From Hyphomicrobiales bacterium (lineage in GTDB: Bacteria > Pseudomonadota > Alphaproteobacteria > Rhizobiales > TMED25): a DNA stretch of 64,000 nucleotides. Where the stretch lies: positions 268-64,267 of the forward strand of contig JBMYRO010000006.1 of assembly GCA_049602435.1 (NCBI GenBank). The letters run 5' to 3'. The notes under the pieces are model-generated. The model was given only the letters and a program-made list of their open reading frames with translations, did no database searches and was not told the origin of the DNA. The number at the start of each line of letters is the position of its first letter. Position 1 is the first letter of the stretch. Positions 40,896-51,850 of the stretch are shown here, piece after piece. The translations under genes were made by a program, and so were the position numbers.

Positions 40896-43304
40896 TCAAA
40901 GTGATCTTTCTATTGTCTCAACCTCATAACATTCTATGATATCACCCGATTTAAGGTCTTGATAATTTTGGAATGCAATACCACACTCTTGGCTTACCTG
41001 GACCTCTTTTACTTCTTCTTGAAATCTTTTTAATGTGGAGAGTTTACCTTCATGAATAACTATGTTGTCACGAATAAGCCTCAAATTCTCTTTGTTTTTA
41101 ACTACCCCATCAGTGACGATACATCCAGCAACCTTGCCAACTTTTGATATATAGAATACCTCCTTGACTTCCGCATTACCAATTACTTTTTCATTGATCG
41201 TTGGATCTAGGAGTCCTGATAGAGCTAACTTGATATCATCTATAATATTGTAAATGATTGAATACTGTCTAATCTCGATTTCATCTTTTTGTGCTTGTTG
41301 TTTGGCATTAGCATTTGGTCTTACATTAAATGCAATCAATAATGCATTTGAAGCGGCCGCTAGCGTAACGTCGGTTTCTGATACAGCACCAACAGCCGTA
41401 TGAACTAATCTAACAGTCACTTCATCTGACCCAAGTTCGTTCAATGCTGAACTAATAGCTTCAATGGAACCCTGTGTATCACCTTTAATTAAAATGGGTA
41501 ATTCTTTTAGATTTTTTTCTTTTATTTGACCCATCATATTTTCTAGAGTTAGCTTATTTACCATTCCAGAAGAGAAATTTTTTCTTTTTCTTTGTCTGTA
41601 TTCTGTAATTTCGCGCGCTCTTGACTCACTATTAACAACAGTAAATTTATCACCTGCTTCCGGAACGCTATTTAATCCACGGATTTCTGCTGGGACTGAA
41701 GGGAGTGCTTTTAATATTGGTTGACCATTATCATCTGATAGAGCTCTCACTTTCCCCCAAGTGGCTCCTAGTACGACAATATCTCCAATATTTAGTGTTC
41801 CTCTTTGTACCAGAACAGTTGCAATTGGACCCTTACCCTTGTCTAATGAGGACTCAATGACAACCCCATCAGCAGCCCTATTAGGATTTGCTTTGAGATC
41901 TAGTATTTCTGATTGCAGCAATATTGTTTCGAGAAGTTTATCTAAATTGATTTTTTTAGTCGCAGAAACTTCGACTTCTAGGATTTCTCCACCTAATGAC
42001 TCAACAATTATTTCATGGGTTAATAGCTCATTTCTGACTCTGTTGGGATCTGCCCCTTCTAGATCAATTTTGTTTATTGCAACTATGATAGGAACATTTG
42101 CTTCTTTTGAGTGATTTATTGCTTCGATTGTTTGTGGCATGACACCATCATTTGCGGCTACAACTATTACAACAATATCAGTAACTTTAGCACCTCTTGA
42201 TCTCATAGATGTGAATGCCGCGTGACCCGGGGTATCGATAAAAGTAATAGGGTTTTCACCTTTTGTTTGAAGTTGATATGCCCCTATATGTTGAGTGATA
42301 CCACCTGCTTCACTAGACACAACGCTTGTTTCTCTTAATGCGTCAAGTAGGCTTGTCTTACCATGGTCCACATGACCCATGATTGTTACAACAGGGGGTC
42401 TTGTAACCAACTGTTCATCCGAATCTTCTATACCTTCTAAGCCTTCTTCTACATCTGCTTCTGATACTCTTTTTACTGTGTGGCCTAATTCTTCTGCTAT
42501 CAACTGAGCGGTATCAGCATCAATGACGTCTGTGATTTTACTCATTTGTCCTTGTTTCATAAGTAGTTTAATCACATCAACCGCTCTCTCAGCCATTCTA
42601 TTTGCTAATTCTTGAATTGTAATTGCTTCAGGAAGTATAATTTCACGACTAATTTTTTGTGTTGGCATTGGTGATGAGTGTTGTCTTCTTTCTCTTTCAC
42701 GTCTTCTTCTGATTGAAGCCAAAGATCTTTGTCTCGGATTATCATCTAGAGCAGTCGTAACAGTTAATTTGGTTTGTCGCCTTTCTTCTTGGCTTCTAAA
42801 CCTCGTGAATTTATTAGGAGGCTTTTTATCTTCTGTATCTTCCTCTGGGACATTAAATTCGTCTGTTTCATCCGTATCAGATGTCTTTTTTAATCTTTTA
42901 TTATTTTCATTTTCTTGAAGTAAAAAGATTTCATCTGGAGAGATTTGTTCTTCTCTTTCTCCATCATTTGATATTACAGGATCTGTCGCATTAGTAACTT
43001 CTTCTCTATCAAATTTGATACGATTTTCAGGCTTTGATATTGAAGGATTATTTTTTGCATCAAGTATTGCTTGATTTCTGGCATCTATTTCTTGATTTGT
43101 AAGATCTTTGTTCTCCAACTTATCAGATTTAACATTTTCAATATTTCTATTGATTCTTTTTCTTTTAGTTTCTACTACAACGGTATTTGAACGATTAGCA
43201 CTAAATCCAGATCTTATTTGAGACGGGTTAATTCCAGACTTAAGGCTTAAGGTCTTTTTTGCGGTTTTTTCTACCAGATCTTTTTTGTTTTTATCTTCTG
43301 TCAT
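40896..43304 (-). CDS. infB: translation initiation factor IF-2
   Basis: 802 aa. G domain [21 protein letters not shown]. Confidence 0.98.
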   Translation of the reverse strand: MTEDKNKKDLVEKTAKKTLSLKSGINPSQIRSGFSANRSNTVVVETKRKRINRNIENVKSDKLENKDLTNQEIDARNQAILDAKNNPSISKPENRIKFDREEVTNATDPVISNDGEREEQISPDEIFLLQENENNKRLKKTSDTDETDEFNVPEEDTEDKKPPNKFTRFRSQEERRQTKLTVTTALDDNPRQRSLASIRRRRERERRQHSSPMPTQKISREIILPEAITIQELANRMAERAVDVIKLLMKQGQMSKITDVIDADTAQLIAEELGHTVKRVSEADVEEGLEGIEDSDEQLVTRPPVVTIMGHVDHGKTSLLDALRETSVVSSEAGGITQHIGAYQLQTKGENPITFIDTPGHAAFTSMRSRGAKVTDIVVIVVAANDGVMPQTIEAINHSKEANVPIIVAINKIDLEGADPNRVRNELLTHEIIVESLGGEILEVEVSATKKINLDKLLETILLQSEILDLKANPNRAADGVVIESSLDKGKGPIATVLVQRGTLNIGDIVVLGATWGKVRALSDDNGQPILKALPSVPAEIRGLNSVPEAGDKFTVVNSESRAREITEYRQRKRKNFSSGMVNKLTLENMMGQIKEKNLKELPILIKGDTQGSIEAISSALNELGSDEVTVRLVHTAVGAVSETDVTLAAASNALLIAFNVRPNANAKQQAQKDEIEIRQYSIIYNIIDDIKLALSGLLDPTINEKVIGNAEVKEVFYISKVGKVAGCIVTDGVVKNKENLRLIRDNIVIHEGKLSTLKRFQEEVKEVQVSQECGIAFQNYQDLKSGDIIECYEVETIERSL

Positions 43305-43327
43305 CTAACAAACCAAATTATAATTAT

Positions 43328-44986
43328 TTATTTTAGGATTCTAGCATTTGCAAGTTTTTCAGATATATCAATTTTTTTCTCTTCAGAGGTATTCTCAGAC
43401 ATATTTGCTTCAGTTTCTTCCGATAAGTCTTCGTTTTGAATCCACCCAAGTTTTACTCTTGAGTCAAGTATCATTTTTTCCACTTGATCACGATTCAAAT
43501 CAAAACCTGAGAATAGGCCCTCTTGTTTTTTGCTACCCAATTCAGTTTTTTCAACCCAACCGTATAATTCATCAGTTGAGAAACCAGCAAAGTCGTCTAA
43601 TGATTTAATATTATTTTCACCCAGTACTACAAGCATGTTCGTATCCATACCTTCAATCTGTAGCAATTCATCACTGACACCAAGTTCTTTTCTTCTCTCT
43701 TCTTGTTTTTGTATTTCTTGTTCCATAGAAGTTTTTGCACGAGCTTGTATCTCGATAGCTGTATCTTCATCGAAGCCTTCTATTGATGAAATTTCTGAAG
43801 TTTCAACATATACTAAATCTTCTACAGACATAAACCCTTCTGAAACCAGTAATTGTGCAATCACTTCATCAACATCAAGTGCGTCTATGAAGATTTGACT
43901 TTTTTCTACAAACTCATTCTGTCTTCTTTCAGACTCTTCAGCTTCTGTCAATATATCTATATCCCATTTTGTAAGTTGGCTGGCCAATCTAACATTTTGA
44001 CCTCTTCTGCCGATGGCAAGTGATAGGTGATCATCAGGAACAACTACTTCAATTCTCTCAATATCCTCATCTAAAACAACCTTTGTTGCCTCTGCTGGAG
44101 CTAGAGAACTTATAACAAAAGTTGCAACATCAGGGCTCCATTTAACGATATCTATTTTTTCCCCTTGTAATTCATTAACAACAGATTGCACTCTACTCCC
44201 TCTCATTCCTACACAAGCCCCAACAGGGTCAATTGAATTATCTGAAGTATAAACTGCAATTTTTGCGCGACTGCCTGGATCTCGTGCAACAGATAAAATT
44301 TCTACAATACCATCATAGATTTCAGGAACTTCTTGCATAAATAATTTTGCCATAAATTGAGTATTAGTTCGTGAGAGGAATATTTGTGGTCCTCGTAATT
44401 CTCTCCTAACATCTAGAATATATGCCAAAACTCTATCACCGCTTCTGAAGGATTCTCTTGGAATTAATTCATCTCTCCTGATAATTGCCTCGTTTCTACC
44501 TAAATCAACTATAACATTGCCATATTCAACTCTTTTTACAATTCCAGAGATAACTTCACCTATTTTGTCTTTAAACTCTTCGAATTGTCGATCTCTCTCT
44601 GCATCTCTTACTTTTTGGAATATTACTTGTTTAGCGCTTTGAGCAGCAATTCTTCCAAATTCAATTGGTGGCAGTTCTTCAGAAATAAAGTCACCAATTT
44701 GGGCTTCTTTGTTTTTCTTTTTTGCAGAGGTTAGGTCAATCTCAACTGCTTCATTTTCAACCACTTCAACCACTTCAAGGAGTCTTGCTAGTTTGGTTTG
44801 ACCGGTTTTTGGATCAATTTCTGCCTTAATTTCATTTTCACTGCCATACCTTGTTTTTGCTGCTTTTTGGATTGCATCTTCCATTGCTGAAATAACAATT
44901 GATTTATCAATCGATTTATCTCGAGCGACAGCATCTGCAATTTGAAGTAATTCTAAACGGTTAGCACTTACACCTAATTCTGACAT
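43328..44986 (-). CDS. nusA: transcription termination/antitermination factor NusA
   Basis: 552 aa. S1 and two KH domains (GACVGMRGSR, IGRRGQN) plus an acidic C-terminal repeat region. Confidence 0.97.
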   Translation of the reverse strand: MSELGVSANRLELLQIADAVARDKSIDKSIVISAMEDAIQKAAKTRYGSENEIKAEIDPKTGQTKLARLLEVVEVVENEAVEIDLTSAKKKNKEAQIGDFISEELPPIEFGRIAAQSAKQVIFQKVRDAERDRQFEEFKDKIGEVISGIVKRVEYGNVIVDLGRNEAIIRRDELIPRESFRSGDRVLAYILDVRRELRGPQIFLSRTNTQFMAKLFMQEVPEIYDGIVEILSVARDPGSRAKIAVYTSDNSIDPVGACVGMRGSRVQSVVNELQGEKIDIVKWSPDVATFVISSLAPAEATKVVLDEDIERIEVVVPDDHLSLAIGRRGQNVRLASQLTKWDIDILTEAEESERRQNEFVEKSQIFIDALDVDEVIAQLLVSEGFMSVEDLVYVETSEISSIEGFDEDTAIEIQARAKTSMEQEIQKQEERRKELGVSDELLQIEGMDTNMLVVLGENNIKSLDDFAGFSTDELYGWVEKTELGSKKQEGLFSGFDLNRDQVEKMILDSRVKLGWIQNEDLSEETEANMSENTSEEKKIDISEKLANARILK

Positions 44987-44998
44987 TTTAATTCTCCA

Positions 44999-45517
44999 CT
45001 ATAAGTCATTTTTTTTAAGTAGTTTTTCACTAAAGACAAGTTTTGCTTTAGATATATTCATTAGGGAAATGGTAATTTCATCATTGAAACTATTTACATT
45101 TTTTTTTAATTTTAGAGTTAGTGAGTCTCCTAATAAACTGCTAATTTCTCCTTTAATATTTTTTCTGTTAGCTGCTTTCTCTTTTAATTCTATTTTTATT
45201 TCATTGCCAATATTATCTTCAAAATCTTTTGCTCTCACTAAAACTCTATCTATACCTGGTGAAGATACTTCTACACGGTAGTTCTCGGGCATCAACCTAT
45301 CATTCTCAAGAATTTTTAGTATCTCTTTTGTTATTTTTGAGCAATCACTTATATTGAGTTGTCCATTAACTTTTTCAATAAAAATTTGTAATGCCTGTTC
45401 ATAATCATTTTTCTTTAATTGCACTAAGAGAAAACCTCTATCTTCTAAGATAGGTTCAATTAATGAAGAGATTTTAGACTCTTCTATTGTCTCATTATGT
45501 ATTCTGTAGTTTTTCAT
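44999..45517 (-). CDS. rimP: ribosome maturation factor RimP
   Basis: 172 aa. First gene of the rimP-nusA-infB operon. Contains LEVSSPGIDR-like VEVSSPGIDR. Confidence 0.87.
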   Translation of the reverse strand: MKNYRIHNETIEESKISSLIEPILEDRGFLLVQLKKNDYEQALQIFIEKVNGQLNISDCSKITKEILKILENDRLMPENYRVEVSSPGIDRVLVRAKDFEDNIGNEIKIELKEKAANRKNIKGEISSLLGDSLTLKLKKNVNSFNDEITISLMNISKAKLVFSEKLLKKNDL

Positions 45518-45551
45518 TTATCAAATTAACTAAATATACATTCAAAAATGC

Positions 45552-45577
45552 AAAAAAAAAGGCTTTCTCGAAAGCCT
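45552..45577 (-). terminator. rho-independent terminator downstream of trmB
   Basis: Minus strand reads AGGCTTT-CGAG-AAAGCCT followed by a run of T (A-run 45552-45560 on the plus strand). It lies 52 nt after the trmB stop and upstream of rimP. Confidence 0.75.
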
Positions 45578-45629
45578 AATTGTTTTGAATTTCAGGAATA
45601 CCTTAACTATATACTGTTAATTTATTATT

Positions 45630-46304
45630 TTACAAGTTAATTTTTACGAAAGTTAAATATACAGGTCTTCTTCCATCTTTGATTGCCTTACGTTCATACT
45701 TTGTTTCAGGAAATTGGTATGGTTTTATATAAAAATCTTCTGTTTTCTCACATAACCATTCAAATTGATTGTTTTTACTTACATTAAGCAGAATTGAATG
45801 AAGGTAATCCTTATGATCAGTTGCTAATATAAGCCTGCCTCCATTCTTAAGGACGCTATTAATCTTGTTAAGGTTATTTTGATTAATAAATCTTCTTTTA
45901 TGATGTTTTTTTTTGGGCCAAGGATCTGGGAAGAGTATGAATATTGAGGATAATGACTCATTTGGTAAGTTATCAATTATATTAATAACATTGTCATCAT
46001 ATATTTTTATGTTGCTTACTTTCTGCTTCTCTATCTCACTTATAATATTTATTACGCCACTTCTGAAAGGTTCAGCTCCGAGGAATAATTTATTTGGATT
46101 GTTTAATGCTTGCCAAATTAGGTGTTCCCCATACCCGAAGCCAACTTCTAGTTCAATATCATTATATTGATTTGGGTTTAAAGAATTAATATCAAGCTTA
46201 TATTTTGGGAATATTTCTTCATAAATTTGGTCATTTTTTTGACCAGAAGACCGGCTTTTTTTTCTGCCATGAAGTTTTTCAGCTCGAATTATATTTCGAT
46301 TCAT
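45630..46304 (-). CDS. trmB: tRNA (guanine-N7)-methyltransferase
   Basis: 224 aa. EVGFGYGEHL, LFPDPWPKKKHHKRR. Confidence 0.9.
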   Translation of the reverse strand: MNRNIIRAEKLHGRKKSRSSGQKNDQIYEEIFPKYKLDINSLNPNQYNDIELEVGFGYGEHLIWQALNNPNKLFLGAEPFRSGVINIISEIEKQKVSNIKIYDDNVINIIDNLPNESLSSIFILFPDPWPKKKHHKRRFINQNNLNKINSVLKNGGRLILATDHKDYLHSILLNVSKNNQFEWLCEKTEDFYIKPYQFPETKYERKAIKDGRRPVYLTFVKINL

Positions 46305-46307
46305 GAT

Positions 46308-47477
46308 CTATGAAAATTCTAATAACAATTTATCTGCGAGGTCAAGTTTTTCCCAAGAAAACGAACCATCGATTTCTGGTAATCTACCAAAATGTCCATA
46401 ACAACTTGTTTTGGTATAAATTGGTTTGAGAAGATCAAGGTGATTTAATATTCCTTTCGGTGATAGATCTAAAATCTCTAAAATGAAAGTAGCTAGTTTC
46501 TTGTGATCAATTTTAGAATCTTCATCTAGCTTAATATAAAATGAGAGTGGGTAAGAAACACCAATCGCATAGGAAATCTGTATAAGACATTTTTTTGCAA
46601 GTTTTGCATGAACTATATTTTTGGCAATATATCTTGCCATATATGCAGCAGACCTATCAACTTTAGTTGGGTCTTTACCTGAAAAGGCTCCACCTCCATG
46701 TGGGGCAGCACCTCCGTATGTATCTACAATAATTTTACGACCTGTTAATCCCGCATCACCATCTGGACCGCCTACAACAAATTTACCAGTTGGATTGACT
46801 AAAAAATCTTCGTCTTTGCACATCCATCCTTTGGGCATTGTAGACGAAACAATTTCTTTGATTATATCCCTCACTTTTGAAGGATTAGCATCCTCACTAT
46901 GTTGATTTGATACTAATATTTTTTTAGCTCCGATAGGATATCCATTTTTATATTCTAGCGTTACTTGACTTTTAGCATCAGGACCAAGTAATTCTTGGTA
47001 CTGTGATTTTCGTTGTGCAGATAAATTTAGTAATATCTGGTTAGAATAGTGAAGTGTTGCAGGCATATAGTTCTCAGTTTCATCAGTTGCATAACCAAAC
47101 ATAATGCCTTGGTCACCTGCACCAAGATTCTTATTGTCAGTCTCATCAACTCCTTGTGCAATATCAGGCGATTGTCCGTGGATTTTATTAATTATTTCCA
47201 AATTTTCCCAGTGAAAATTTTTTTGCGCATAGCCAATATCCCTGACACATTTCCTAACTATTTTGTCAACGTCTATTTGAGAATTAAAATCAGTAATACT
47301 GGTTTCACCTGATAGTATTACTAGATTTGATGTGACCATTGTTTCAATACCTGATCTAACATTTTTATCTACATTTATTAGTGCATCGAGTATCCTATCA
47401 GATATTTGATCTGCTATTTTATCTGGATGCCCTTCAGCCACGGACTCACTTGTAAATATGTAGGAATTATTTGACAT
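46308..47477 (-). CDS. metK: S-adenosylmethionine synthetase
   Basis: 389 aa. SESVAEGHPDK, GAGDQGIMFGYA, GGGAFSGKD. Confidence 0.98.
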   Translation of the reverse strand: MSNNSYIFTSESVAEGHPDKIADQISDRILDALINVDKNVRSGIETMVTSNLVILSGETSITDFNSQIDVDKIVRKCVRDIGYAQKNFHWENLEIINKIHGQSPDIAQGVDETDNKNLGAGDQGIMFGYATDETENYMPATLHYSNQILLNLSAQRKSQYQELLGPDAKSQVTLEYKNGYPIGAKKILVSNQHSEDANPSKVRDIIKEIVSSTMPKGWMCKDEDFLVNPTGKFVVGGPDGDAGLTGRKIIVDTYGGAAPHGGGAFSGKDPTKVDRSAAYMARYIAKNIVHAKLAKKCLIQISYAIGVSYPLSFYIKLDEDSKIDHKKLATFILEILDLSPKGILNHLDLLKPIYTKTSCYGHFGRLPEIDGSFSWEKLDLADKLLLEFS

Positions 47478-47494
47478 TTAGTTCTATATTTATT

Positions 47495-49072
47495 CTATTT
47501 ATGTATTCGATTGTTGAAATAATATATAATCATAAAGGTAAATAACAAAAGACAAAAAAATGGAATATTACCATATTTTGAATAAAAAGTTTGTTTAATC
47601 TTCGATGGTAACAATATTCTTTCATGGAGTTCTGTATTTAATTCAGACTTTAGAATTTCTTGGCCAAAAGGGTTAATTATTCCACTAATACCATTATTTG
47701 CTACTCTTACAAGTGGCAGACCCAACTCAACGGGTCTAATTTTTGACATATTAAAATGTTGATATGGTCCGGAACTATTACCAAACCATGCATCATTAGT
47801 TATATTTAATAGGAAACTTATTTCTTCATTTATATCCTTAATTTTATTAGAAAAAACAATTTCATAACATATATAAACCATAGGATTATTTTTTAGTGTG
47901 TTAAATATTTCTACACTCTTTGACCCCGGCGTAAAATTTCCTGCTAATGAACTGATATTAAGAAAACTTAATTTTCTAAATAAATTATCAAGGGGAATAT
48001 ACTCTCCAAAAGGCACAAGGATATTCTTATCATATTTGCCAATTATAATATTATTGTGATCAATAATAAAAAAACTATTAAAAAAATTATTACCCTCTCT
48101 TCTGAGTGAGCCAAGCATTAAATAATCATTTTCAGAAAAGTTTTTTGTGACCTCATAAGTTATATCTGGATTCTCATCAATTAGAGCCGCAATAGCAGTT
48201 TCTGGCCATATAAAATATCTATTTGACGTTGTATCTTTTCTTGGTTGATTTGATAAATGTATTGTGGGGTTTATAAGTTTATTTTTATTGAGTTGAAATA
48301 ATTCAGGATCCCATTTTTCTTTTTGAGCTATGTTAGGTTGAATAAGAATAATTTCGGTATTTTCTCTATTATCTCGATCCAAACTTAGTCTTTTTTCTCC
48401 ATAAACAAAAATTATAAAAAACAAAGTTAAAAAAATCAGGAGGGATTTGTATTTAAAATTTTTATTACTTTCATAGTAATATATAATTGGAAAAGCAAAA
48501 ATAATTACACAGATTGCGTTTAATGAAATTTCTCCAAAAACAGATGTAATTTGGAGAATGTGGTCGATCTCTATAACAGAGTGACCTATTTGTGCCCATG
48601 GGAAAAAAGTAATTTTTATTCTAGCGAACTCAATGAGGGTCCAAATAATTGCTACCCAAAAAATCCTCGTTATATTTTGAGGATAATAAAGTGAAAAAAT
48701 TACAGTAATAATTCCATAAAATATGCCAAGAACAAGAGGAATAAGGAATATTCCAGGTATAAGGAATAAGATATATTTTTCAATATCATAAAATAATGAA
48801 ATGTTGATCCAGTAAAGACTGGTCAAAAACAAACCATAACCAAATGATAAACCCAAAAGAAATGAATGTGTGAGGAATTTTTTTTGAGAGTAAAGTGATT
48901 TTCCTGAGTAGAAAAAATCAAAGTTAAGTATATAAAAGGGAATTGTAATGAATAAGATAAAAATAAAATTTAGTGGTGCAAAAGATAACGCAGACAAGAT
49001 TCCCAAAAATAAATTCAACATGCATCGTTTTTTAAATGAAAGGCAAGAAATATTATTTTGAATTATTTGCAT
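47495..49072 (-). CDS. lnt: apolipoprotein N-acyltransferase
   Basis: 525 aa. Multi-TM N-terminal half, then a CN-hydrolase domain with ICYEIVF and NDAWFG. Confidence 0.88.
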   Translation of the reverse strand: MQIIQNNISCLSFKKRCMLNLFLGILSALSFAPLNFIFILFITIPFYILNFDFFYSGKSLYSQKKFLTHSFLLGLSFGYGLFLTSLYWINISLFYDIEKYILFLIPGIFLIPLVLGIFYGIITVIFSLYYPQNITRIFWVAIIWTLIEFARIKITFFPWAQIGHSVIEIDHILQITSVFGEISLNAICVIIFAFPIIYYYESNKNFKYKSLLIFLTLFFIIFVYGEKRLSLDRDNRENTEIILIQPNIAQKEKWDPELFQLNKNKLINPTIHLSNQPRKDTTSNRYFIWPETAIAALIDENPDITYEVTKNFSENDYLMLGSLRREGNNFFNSFFIIDHNNIIIGKYDKNILVPFGEYIPLDNLFRKLSFLNISSLAGNFTPGSKSVEIFNTLKNNPMVYICYEIVFSNKIKDINEEISFLLNITNDAWFGNSSGPYQHFNMSKIRPVELGLPLVRVANNGISGIINPFGQEILKSELNTELHERILLPSKIKQTFYSKYGNIPFFCLLLFTFMIIYYFNNRIHK

Positions 49073-49098
49073 CTTAAAGATTAAGAGTTCACATTTTA

Positions 49099-49572
49099 TT
49101 ATATGATTTCATATGGGTCATTATAACCTAATTCACTCATGATATGTCGCTCCATATTCTCCATTTTTACTGCATTTTTATCATTTTCATGATCAAACCC
49201 ATACAAATGTAGTGTGCCGTGGATGATAAGATGTGAGATGTGCTCTTCAAATTTTTTATTCAAATTTATCAATTCTTTTTGGATGTACTCATAAGATAAA
49301 ATAATATCACCTAAATGTGGTTTTTCAGATGGGAATGATAAAACATTTGTAGGCTGATTAATTGATCTATATTGACGATTAAGCTGCTCTACCTGAGTAT
49401 CCGAGGTAAGTAATATACTAATTTCATTATAGCCTTTTATATCCACATTAGATACAGTTTGCTTTATAGCTATTTTAATTAATTCTTTTAATCCGGGGTG
49501 CTTTTCCCAACTACTGAAGTTAATTAGTATATCAGCACTTAGTTCATTTTTTAGGGGCATCGTTGTATGCAT
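49099..49572 (-). CDS. ybeY: rRNA maturation endoribonuclease YbeY
   Basis: 157 aa. Zinc motif HGTLHLYGFDH. The track start overlaps the phoH end by 29 nt; an internal Met 4 codons downstream is possible. Confidence 0.93.
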   Translation of the reverse strand: MHTTMPLKNELSADILINFSSWEKHPGLKELIKIAIKQTVSNVDIKGYNEISILLTSDTQVEQLNRQYRSINQPTNVLSFPSEKPHLGDIILSYEYIQKELINLNKKFEEHISHLIIHGTLHLYGFDHENDKNAVKMENMERHIMSELGYNDPYEII

Positions 49573-50545
49573 TTATGATCTTGGCTACTAATGTATGCCT
49601 TACAACATCAGTCGAGTTAAAATACACCTGTTCAATTTCCTTTATCTTTTTTGTAACAGCAAGTGCATCAAGCAAACCGGATTGGATATTGTTTGGTAAA
49701 TCAATTTGACTTGGATCTCCTGTGATAACCATCTTACTATTAATACCAAGTCGGGTTAAAAACATCTTCATTTGAACTGTATTACAATTTTGCGCTTCAT
49801 CAAGTATGACAAATGCATTTTCAAGGGTTCTTCCTCTCATAAATGCGAGAGGAGCTATTTCAATCGTGTTATTTTCTAGTCCTTTTTGAACTTTGTTTGC
49901 TGGCAAACAATCATATAATGCATCGTATAGAGGTCTTAGATATGGGTCAATTTTCTCTTTAAGGTCGCCAGGAAGAAATCCAAGCTTCTCTCCAGCTTCA
50001 ACAGCTGGGCGGGATAAAATTATGCGATCGATTAATTTATTTTCTAAAAAATAAGCTGCGGCTGCAACGGCAATATATGTTTTTCCAGTCCCAGCAGGAC
50101 CAACTCCAAATGTGAGTGGATTATTAAAAATTGAGTCTATATAAATATTTTGATTTTGAGATCTTGGTATTATTGTTTTGATCTTAGTTTTGATAATATT
50201 ATTTTCCATATTGATTAAACTGGTTTGACTATTTTTAACTCTGATGGACCCCATCACCTCGTCTGTACTATTGTTTATTCCCATATCATCTCTATTTATG
50301 ATATCTAGAATAACATCTTTTGCTATTTTTATTGATTGGTTTTCTCCATTAATTTGGATTGTGTTTCCATGAGGAATAATTTCAACTGGAATCTTACTTT
50401 CAATTAACCTCAAGTTCTCGTCATTTTTACCAAAAACATTCAAAAGTTTTTTTGAGTCATTGATGGTTATACTGATACAGGACTCAGATACAAATATCAC
50501 AGCTACGCTGTCTTGCTTATCAACTATACTCAACCAATTCACCAC
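49544..50545 (-). CDS. phoH: PhoH-like ATPase (YbeZ)
   Basis: 333 aa. Walker A GPAGTGKTYIAVA, and ILDEAQN. GTG start overlaps the miaB end; downstream TTG or GTG starts are possible. Confidence 0.92.
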   Translation of the reverse strand: MVNWLSIVDKQDSVAVIFVSESCISITINDSKKLLNVFGKNDENLRLIESKIPVEIIPHGNTIQINGENQSIKIAKDVILDIINRDDMGINNSTDEVMGSIRVKNSQTSLINMENNIIKTKIKTIIPRSQNQNIYIDSIFNNPLTFGVGPAGTGKTYIAVAAAAYFLENKLIDRIILSRPAVEAGEKLGFLPGDLKEKIDPYLRPLYDALYDCLPANKVQKGLENNTIEIAPLAFMRGRTLENAFVILDEAQNCNTVQMKMFLTRLGINSKMVITGDPSQIDLPNNIQSGLLDALAVTKKIKEIEQVYFNSTDVVRHTLVAKIINAYNDAPKK

Positions 50546-51842
50546 TTAAGTTATTAACTTTTATTGCATCTATTCTGACATCTTTGAAATCACCAATTTT
50601 GCTTTTATTTTTAATATTATTAAAAAAAACTGTTTGCATATGTGGTGTTTTACCAACTAGTTGGTTGATTTCTTTTCCCATCCTCTCAACAAGAATTCTT
50701 ACAATTTTTCCTTTACTTTGATTGTTAAATTCTAGCTGTTGCTGCTTAAGTATATCCTGTAGTAGTTTTAATCTTTCAGATTTTATATTCTGTGGGATTT
50801 GTCTTTCATAATCAGCAGATGGTGTACCTGGCCTTGGGGAATAATTGAATGAATAGGCTTGCGCATATTTAATTTTTTTAACTAAGTCGATTGTTGATTC
50901 AAAGTCTTTATCGGTTTCACCCGGAAATCCTGTAATGAAATCACTTGATAATGCTATATCATTTCTAGCATTTCGGATGTTTTCAATTATTTCTATATAT
51001 TCCTCGCAGGTATGTTTTCTATTCATTAGTTTTAATATTCTATTAGAGCCTGATTGAACCGGTAAATGAATATAAGGCATAAGTTTTTTTATGTCCTTAT
51101 GCGCATCAATTAATTCTTGGTTTACATCTACAGGATGATTTGTTGTGTATCTGATCCTCTCCAAACCATCTAGCTTAGATAATTCATATATTAGGTTAGC
51201 CAGATTTGAAATTCCTCCGTTCAAACCTTCACCATGATATGCATTAACATTTTGTCCCAGTAAGGTTATTTCAGAAACCCCTTGGCTTATTAGTTGTTTT
51301 GTCTCTTCGATTAGTTCTTTTGTAGTCCTGGAATACTCAGCCCCCCGTGTATATGGAACAACACAAAAGGTACAAAATTTATCACACCCTTCTTGAATAG
51401 TTAAAAATGCTGTTGGTTTTTTGTCAGATCGAACTCTTTTACTTAAAAGATTAAATTTATTTTCGATTGGAAAATCTGTTTCTACATACTTTTTCTTCTT
51501 ATTTAATTTCGAGACAAGTTCAGGAATCTTGTGATATGTTTGCGGACCAATAACTAGATCAACTTCAGGCATTCTTTGAATAATTTCCTTATCTTCAGCT
51601 TGTGCAACACAGCCTGCTACAATAATTTTCTTTTCTTTTCTTATTTTTTTTAATCTGCCAATATCTGAATATAATTTTTCTGCAGCTTTTTCTCTGATAT
51701 GACAAGTATTAAAAACAATTAAATCACTCTCATTTATATTATTAGTTTGTTTATAACCATTCTCAGACAATGACTCCATTATTCGCTCTGAGTCATATAC
51801 ATTCATTTGACAGCCATAAGTTTTTACAAATACTTTCTTCAT
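50520..51842 (-). CDS. miaB: tRNA-2-methylthio-N6-dimethylallyladenosine synthase
   Basis: 440 aa. N-terminus KTYGCQMN, radical-SAM CDKFCTFC, C-terminal TRAM domain. Confidence 0.96.
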   Translation of the reverse strand: MKKVFVKTYGCQMNVYDSERIMESLSENGYKQTNNINESDLIVFNTCHIREKAAEKLYSDIGRLKKIRKEKKIIVAGCVAQAEDKEIIQRMPEVDLVIGPQTYHKIPELVSKLNKKKKYVETDFPIENKFNLLSKRVRSDKKPTAFLTIQEGCDKFCTFCVVPYTRGAEYSRTTKELIEETKQLISQGVSEITLLGQNVNAYHGEGLNGGISNLANLIYELSKLDGLERIRYTTNHPVDVNQELIDAHKDIKKLMPYIHLPVQSGSNRILKLMNRKHTCEEYIEIIENIRNARNDIALSSDFITGFPGETDKDFESTIDLVKKIKYAQAYSFNYSPRPGTPSADYERQIPQNIKSERLKLLQDILKQQQLEFNNQSKGKIVRILVERMGKEINQLVGKTPHMQTVFFNNIKNKSKIGDFKDVRIDAIKVNNLSGELVEYS

Positions 51843-51850
51843 TTACTTTC

